The translations under genes were made by a program, and so were the position numbers. Source: Macrostomum lignano (Eukaryota). Taken from it: a stretch of 64,000 bases of DNA. The number at the start of each line of letters is the position of its first letter. The first letter of the stretch is position 1. This document shows positions 60,206-64,000 of the stretch, in pieces. The DNA lies in assembly GCA_002269645.1 (NCBI GenBank), contig NIVC01000037.1, positions 1,273,121 through 1,337,120 of the forward strand, given 5' to 3'. Under the pieces are notes generated by a model, which saw only the letters and a list, made by a program, of their open reading frames with translations, was not told where the DNA came from and searched no databases.

Positions 60206-60699
60206 TTGGATTGTGATAAGAGTTGAGGGAAGCTGAAAAGAACTGTCGGAAGCTTTAAAGAGTTGTGGAAAGCTGTGGAAAACAGTAAGTTGCGATTCTA
60301 TAAAACCAAAGCAGAACAAAACAGCGCTGAGAAAGGTTGAAAGCCTGTGGTTCGCTTTTCGAAAAGCAAGAAGAAATGTAAAAATCAAAGCCAAGCAAAA
60401 GTAAAAAAGAAAAAAGGTATTGCACGAGCATGCGCAGGTGAACGTTGTACTGGATTGATTGTAAAATGATTTCAAAGAGCAGCAAAAATTTTTTTTGTTT
60501 AAACGCGCGCATGTTTATTTCAAAATTGCCGAAAAATCCAGTCTTCGATAATTGCCGTGGCGATTATAGTTTGGAGTAGTGACCCCAAGCCTTCAGATTT
60601 TCAGGACCAATTTTCATCTGGCCTAGAAGAAAACAAATTACTTCAAAACTGCCATTGAGCAGGTGTTCGGTAAGGGTTGGCCCATCGCCAATCAACGGT

Positions 60700-61380
60700 C
60701 ATTCAGTGTGCCACTGTCGCTCCCACAGCCCCTCAGTGTGACACTGTCGCCCCCACAGTCCCTCAGTGTGCCACTATCGCCCTTCACCACAGCCCCTCAG
60801 TGTGCCACTGTCGCCCTTCACAGTGGCACGCCCCCACAGCCCTTCAGTGTGCCACTATCGCCCTTCACCACAGCCCCTCAGTGTGCCACTGTCGCTCCCA
60901 CAGCCCCTCAGTGTGCCACTGTCGCCCTTCACCACAGTCCCTCAGTGTGCCACTGTCGCCCTTCACCACAGCCCCTCAGTGTGCCACTGTCGCCCCCACA
61001 GCCCTTCAGTGTGCCACTATCGCCCTTCACCACAGTCCCTCAGTGTGCCACTATCGCCCTTCACCACAGTCCCTCAGTGTGCCACTATCGCCCTTCACCA
61101 CAGCCCCTCAGTGTGCCACTGTCGCCCCCACAGCCCTTCAGTGTGCCACTATCGCCCTTCACCACAGGCCCCTCAGTGTGCCACTGTCGCCCTTCACCAC
61201 AGCCCCTTAGTGTGCCACTGTCGCCCCCACAGCCCCTCAGTGTGCCACTGTCGCCCTTCACCACAGTCCCTCAGTGTGCCACTGTCGCCCCCACAGCCTC
61301 TCAGTGTGCCACTGTCGCCCCCACAGCCCCTCAGTGTGCCACTGTCGCCCCCACAGCCCCTCAGTGTGCCACTGTCGCCT
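60700..61380. repeat. 30/34-bp minisatellite CAGCCCCTCAGTGTGCCACTGTCGCCC(CCA/TTCACCA), left part
   Basis: Direct reading. Confidence 0.95.
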
Positions 61381-61381
61381 C

Positions 61382-62582
61382 CAACAACAACAACAACAAA
61401 ATACGCGACCCCGCATGCACAGTCACAGTTAGAGCAGGGCGCGTCAGATGGCGCACCGCAGAGCCTGGGAGCGAAAAAATTCCGCTCCGTTGGCAGTGTC
61501 GGGCGCCCCAGCGTCGCACAGCAGGCAGTCCACGTATCGACGGGTTCGGGCCTGACCCCGCCTGAACGGACCCTGCAAGGTGAGCAGCAGGACGTCCTGA
61601 ACAGGTTGGGGGCAGTAGCCCTCGGCCCGGATCACGTGACCCGCCAGTTGAGGTCGCCGCCGGCGCAGACTGATGGACGGGCGCTGCAGCTTGGCCTGAT
61701 CGTACAGGGCCTCGTTCCCGACGCTCTCGTCAGCTCGAAAGGCCGCACGGAGCAGCCCTGAGTGCGCCGAGTCCAGCTGCCGCTCTAGGGTAGCCGTCAG
61801 CGTCCACGTCTCGGCGTTGTAGAGCAGGACGGTTTCGACCACCGCCTGCCACAGCCGAGCCCTCTGGCGGTCGGGCAGCGCTTCGGACTGGAGGACTGGA
61901 GGCTCGGATCGAACGAAAGGCCGCCCAGGCAAGTCCTCGTCGCCGCCGGAGGTCCTCTTCCACGTGGGGCACCAGACCGCCGAGGTAGGTGAACCGCTGG
62001 CAGCGTGCGAGCCTGTTCGTCTGCCCGTCTGCGCCGCGGCACGTCAGGTCCGCTGGGATGTCGGCCGGCACAGTCAGCACCTTGGTCTTCAGCGTGTTGA
62101 CGATCAGACCGACGCTCGATGCCACCTCGACCAGCCTGTCGATCTGGCGCTGGGCGCCTTCAACGGACGAGGACAGGAGGGCGAGGTCGTCGGCGTAGCC
62201 AAGCACGCTTAGGCGCTTTTCGCCGTGGCGGTGACCGATGCGTCTGCGCAGCAGGAAGCCGTCGTCAGCCGAGGGGAGTGCGGTTCGAAGCACCCAGTCC
62301 AGCAGCAGCGATAAGAGGAACGGTGCTAGCGTGTCGCCCTGTAGAACTCCTGATGAAGTGTCGAATAGGTCAGACAGGCCGTTCGCCGTCATCACAGCAG
62401 CTCGAGTGTCGCAATACTGCAGCGCCATGACAGCGTCGATTAGCTGCTGGGGTACCCGGTAGGCTCGAAGGACGAAGGGAAGCGTGGTTCTCAACACCGA
62501 GTCAAACGCCTTTCGAAAGTCAACGAAGACAATGATCATAGACTGGCGGATGCGCGCCTCCTCGATGACACGGCGGAGTGCG
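61382..62582 (-). mobile_element. 5'-truncated, frameshifted non-LTR retrotransposon (RTE-like reverse transcriptase) with a (TTG)n tail
   Basis: RT motifs VFVDFRKAFDSV, SGVLQGDTLAPFL, LGYADDLALL, NTLKTK, FTYLG. RTE-type C-terminus LLYNAETWTLT, LRRRRPQLAGHVIR. Stop at 61444, (CAA)n at 61382-61399 on +, frameshift near 61900 (4-nt TCCA insertion). Confidence 0.9.
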
Positions 62583-62720
62583 CCCCCACACCTCAGTGTT
62601 CCACTGTCGCCCCCACAGTCCCTCAGTGTGCCACTGTCGCCCCCACAGCCCCTCAGTGTGCCACTGTCGCCCCCACAGTCCCTCAGTGTGGCACTGTCGC
62701 CCTTCACCACAGCCCCTCAG
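62581..62720. repeat. Same 30-bp minisatellite, right part (split by the retrotransposon)
   Basis: Direct reading. Confidence 0.93.
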
Positions 62721-63384
62721 CATGCCATTATCACCCTACAAGCGATATTAATAAATATCTGTGACTAACGATTCACGCATTGCAGAACACATTAGATTCA
62801 ATTAACAGTTGCCTGGCAAACAAAAGCTGGAAAATGCTTGAATAAGCGAGATTTTGTATTCATGGGCCCTGCAAACTTGCAGGCGCACCAACAGGTCGCT
62901 GACTGTAGCGCAATGTCACTGCTTGAGGCCTGCATTCAGTCTCTAACAGGCTATATAAATATGACTAACCGAACAAGGAGGAACGGCAGCGCGAAAAAGT
63001 GAAGATGCAAACTGCAGTTCCTGCCTAAAATTTTGTTACACTTCACATTTGTCGAGAAATTCAATATAAAAATAACACTGAGTTCGCTTTTTTGATTCCT
63101 GGGCAATCTGTGTGGTTGGGGTCTGGGGGAGGGGGCTTTTGCATTTTGGATATTTCTATTTCCTATACTGTGGAAACTTGATTCAAGTTCTCTCAGTCAT
63201 TTTTCCTTATTTTGCGGGGGCAGAGTTTATCGAGAAACTGAGCCATAGTGTTTAAACAAGCTAAGAAACAGTTTTTTTTCCGGAAAAGCATGACTCTGTC
63301 ACTTTCTACAAGTATCTTTAGTCTTAAAGTTCTGTTTTACGTAGGCGGATTGGAAATGGACTTGGGGTTCCTCCAGAGTAGATT

Positions 63385-64000
63385 CCACAGCTCCGTCCAT
63401 GGAGTAGATTGTGGGTTCCACAACAGCTCGGGTCATGGAGTAGATTGTGTGTTCCACAACAGCTCGGGTCAGGGAGTAGATTGTGTGTTCCACAACAGCT
63501 CGGGTCATGGAGTAGATTGTGTGTTCCACAACAGCTCGGGCCATGGAGTAGATTGTGTGTTCCACAACAGCTCGGGTCAGGGAGTAGATTGTGTGTTCCA
63601 CAACAACTCGGGTCAGGGAGTAGATTGTGGGTTCCACAACAGCTCGGGTCAGGGAGTAGATTGTGTGTTCCACAACAGCTCGGGTCATGGAGTAGATTGT
63701 GGGTTCCACAACAGCTCGGGTCTTGGAGTAGATTGTGGGTTCCACAACAGCTCGGGTCAGGGAGTAGATTGTGGGTTCCACAACAGCTCGGGTCAGGGAG
63801 TAGATTGTGGGTTCCACAACAGCTCGGGTCATGGAGTAGATTGTGTGTTCCACAACAGCTCGGGTCAGGGAGTAGATTGTGTGTTCCACAACAGCTCGGG
63901 CCATGGAGTAGATTGTGTGTTCCACAACAGCTCGGGCCATGGAGTAGATTGTGTGTTCCACAACAGCTCGGGTCAGGGAGTAGATTGTGGGTTCCACAAC
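63385..64000. repeat. 36-bp minisatellite GGAGTAGATTGTG[G/T]GTTCCACAACAGCTCGGG[T/C]CA[G/T], runs off the window end
   Basis: Direct reading. Confidence 0.96.

Overview
Eukaryotic (metazoan) genomic DNA with GC-rich exons and introns packed with micro- and minisatellites. The style, plus a flatworm-type annexin linker, suggests a flatworm such as Macrostomum; this is inference, not a database match. Three spliced genes can be rebuilt by hand. (1) A 2-exon TRAF-like coiled-coil + MATH gene (+, 372-1541). (2) A 9-exon annexin (-, 3281-11103, about 557 aa) with a long Y/G/Q/P-rich N-terminus and an extended repeat II/III linker. (3) A C2H2 zinc-finger transcription factor with four fingers, three carrying a CNKY[FY]L signature (-, 21674-27872, at least 3 exons). 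Also present: a MITE-like element in an annexin intron, a 5'-truncated RTE-type retrotransposon inside a minisatellite, and about 30 tandem arrays. The dominant feature is an ~18 kb array of a 15-bp unit, TTTAGCATCAGGGG[A/C] (about 1,180 copies). Its minus strand reads as (PGAGA)n then (PDAKS/PDAKA)n and ends in an in-frame stop with a downstream AATAAA, so it is either a giant satellite or a giant KSP-repeat exon. Most long ORFs in the supplied track are repeat artefacts. No tRNA, rRNA or CRISPR was found.
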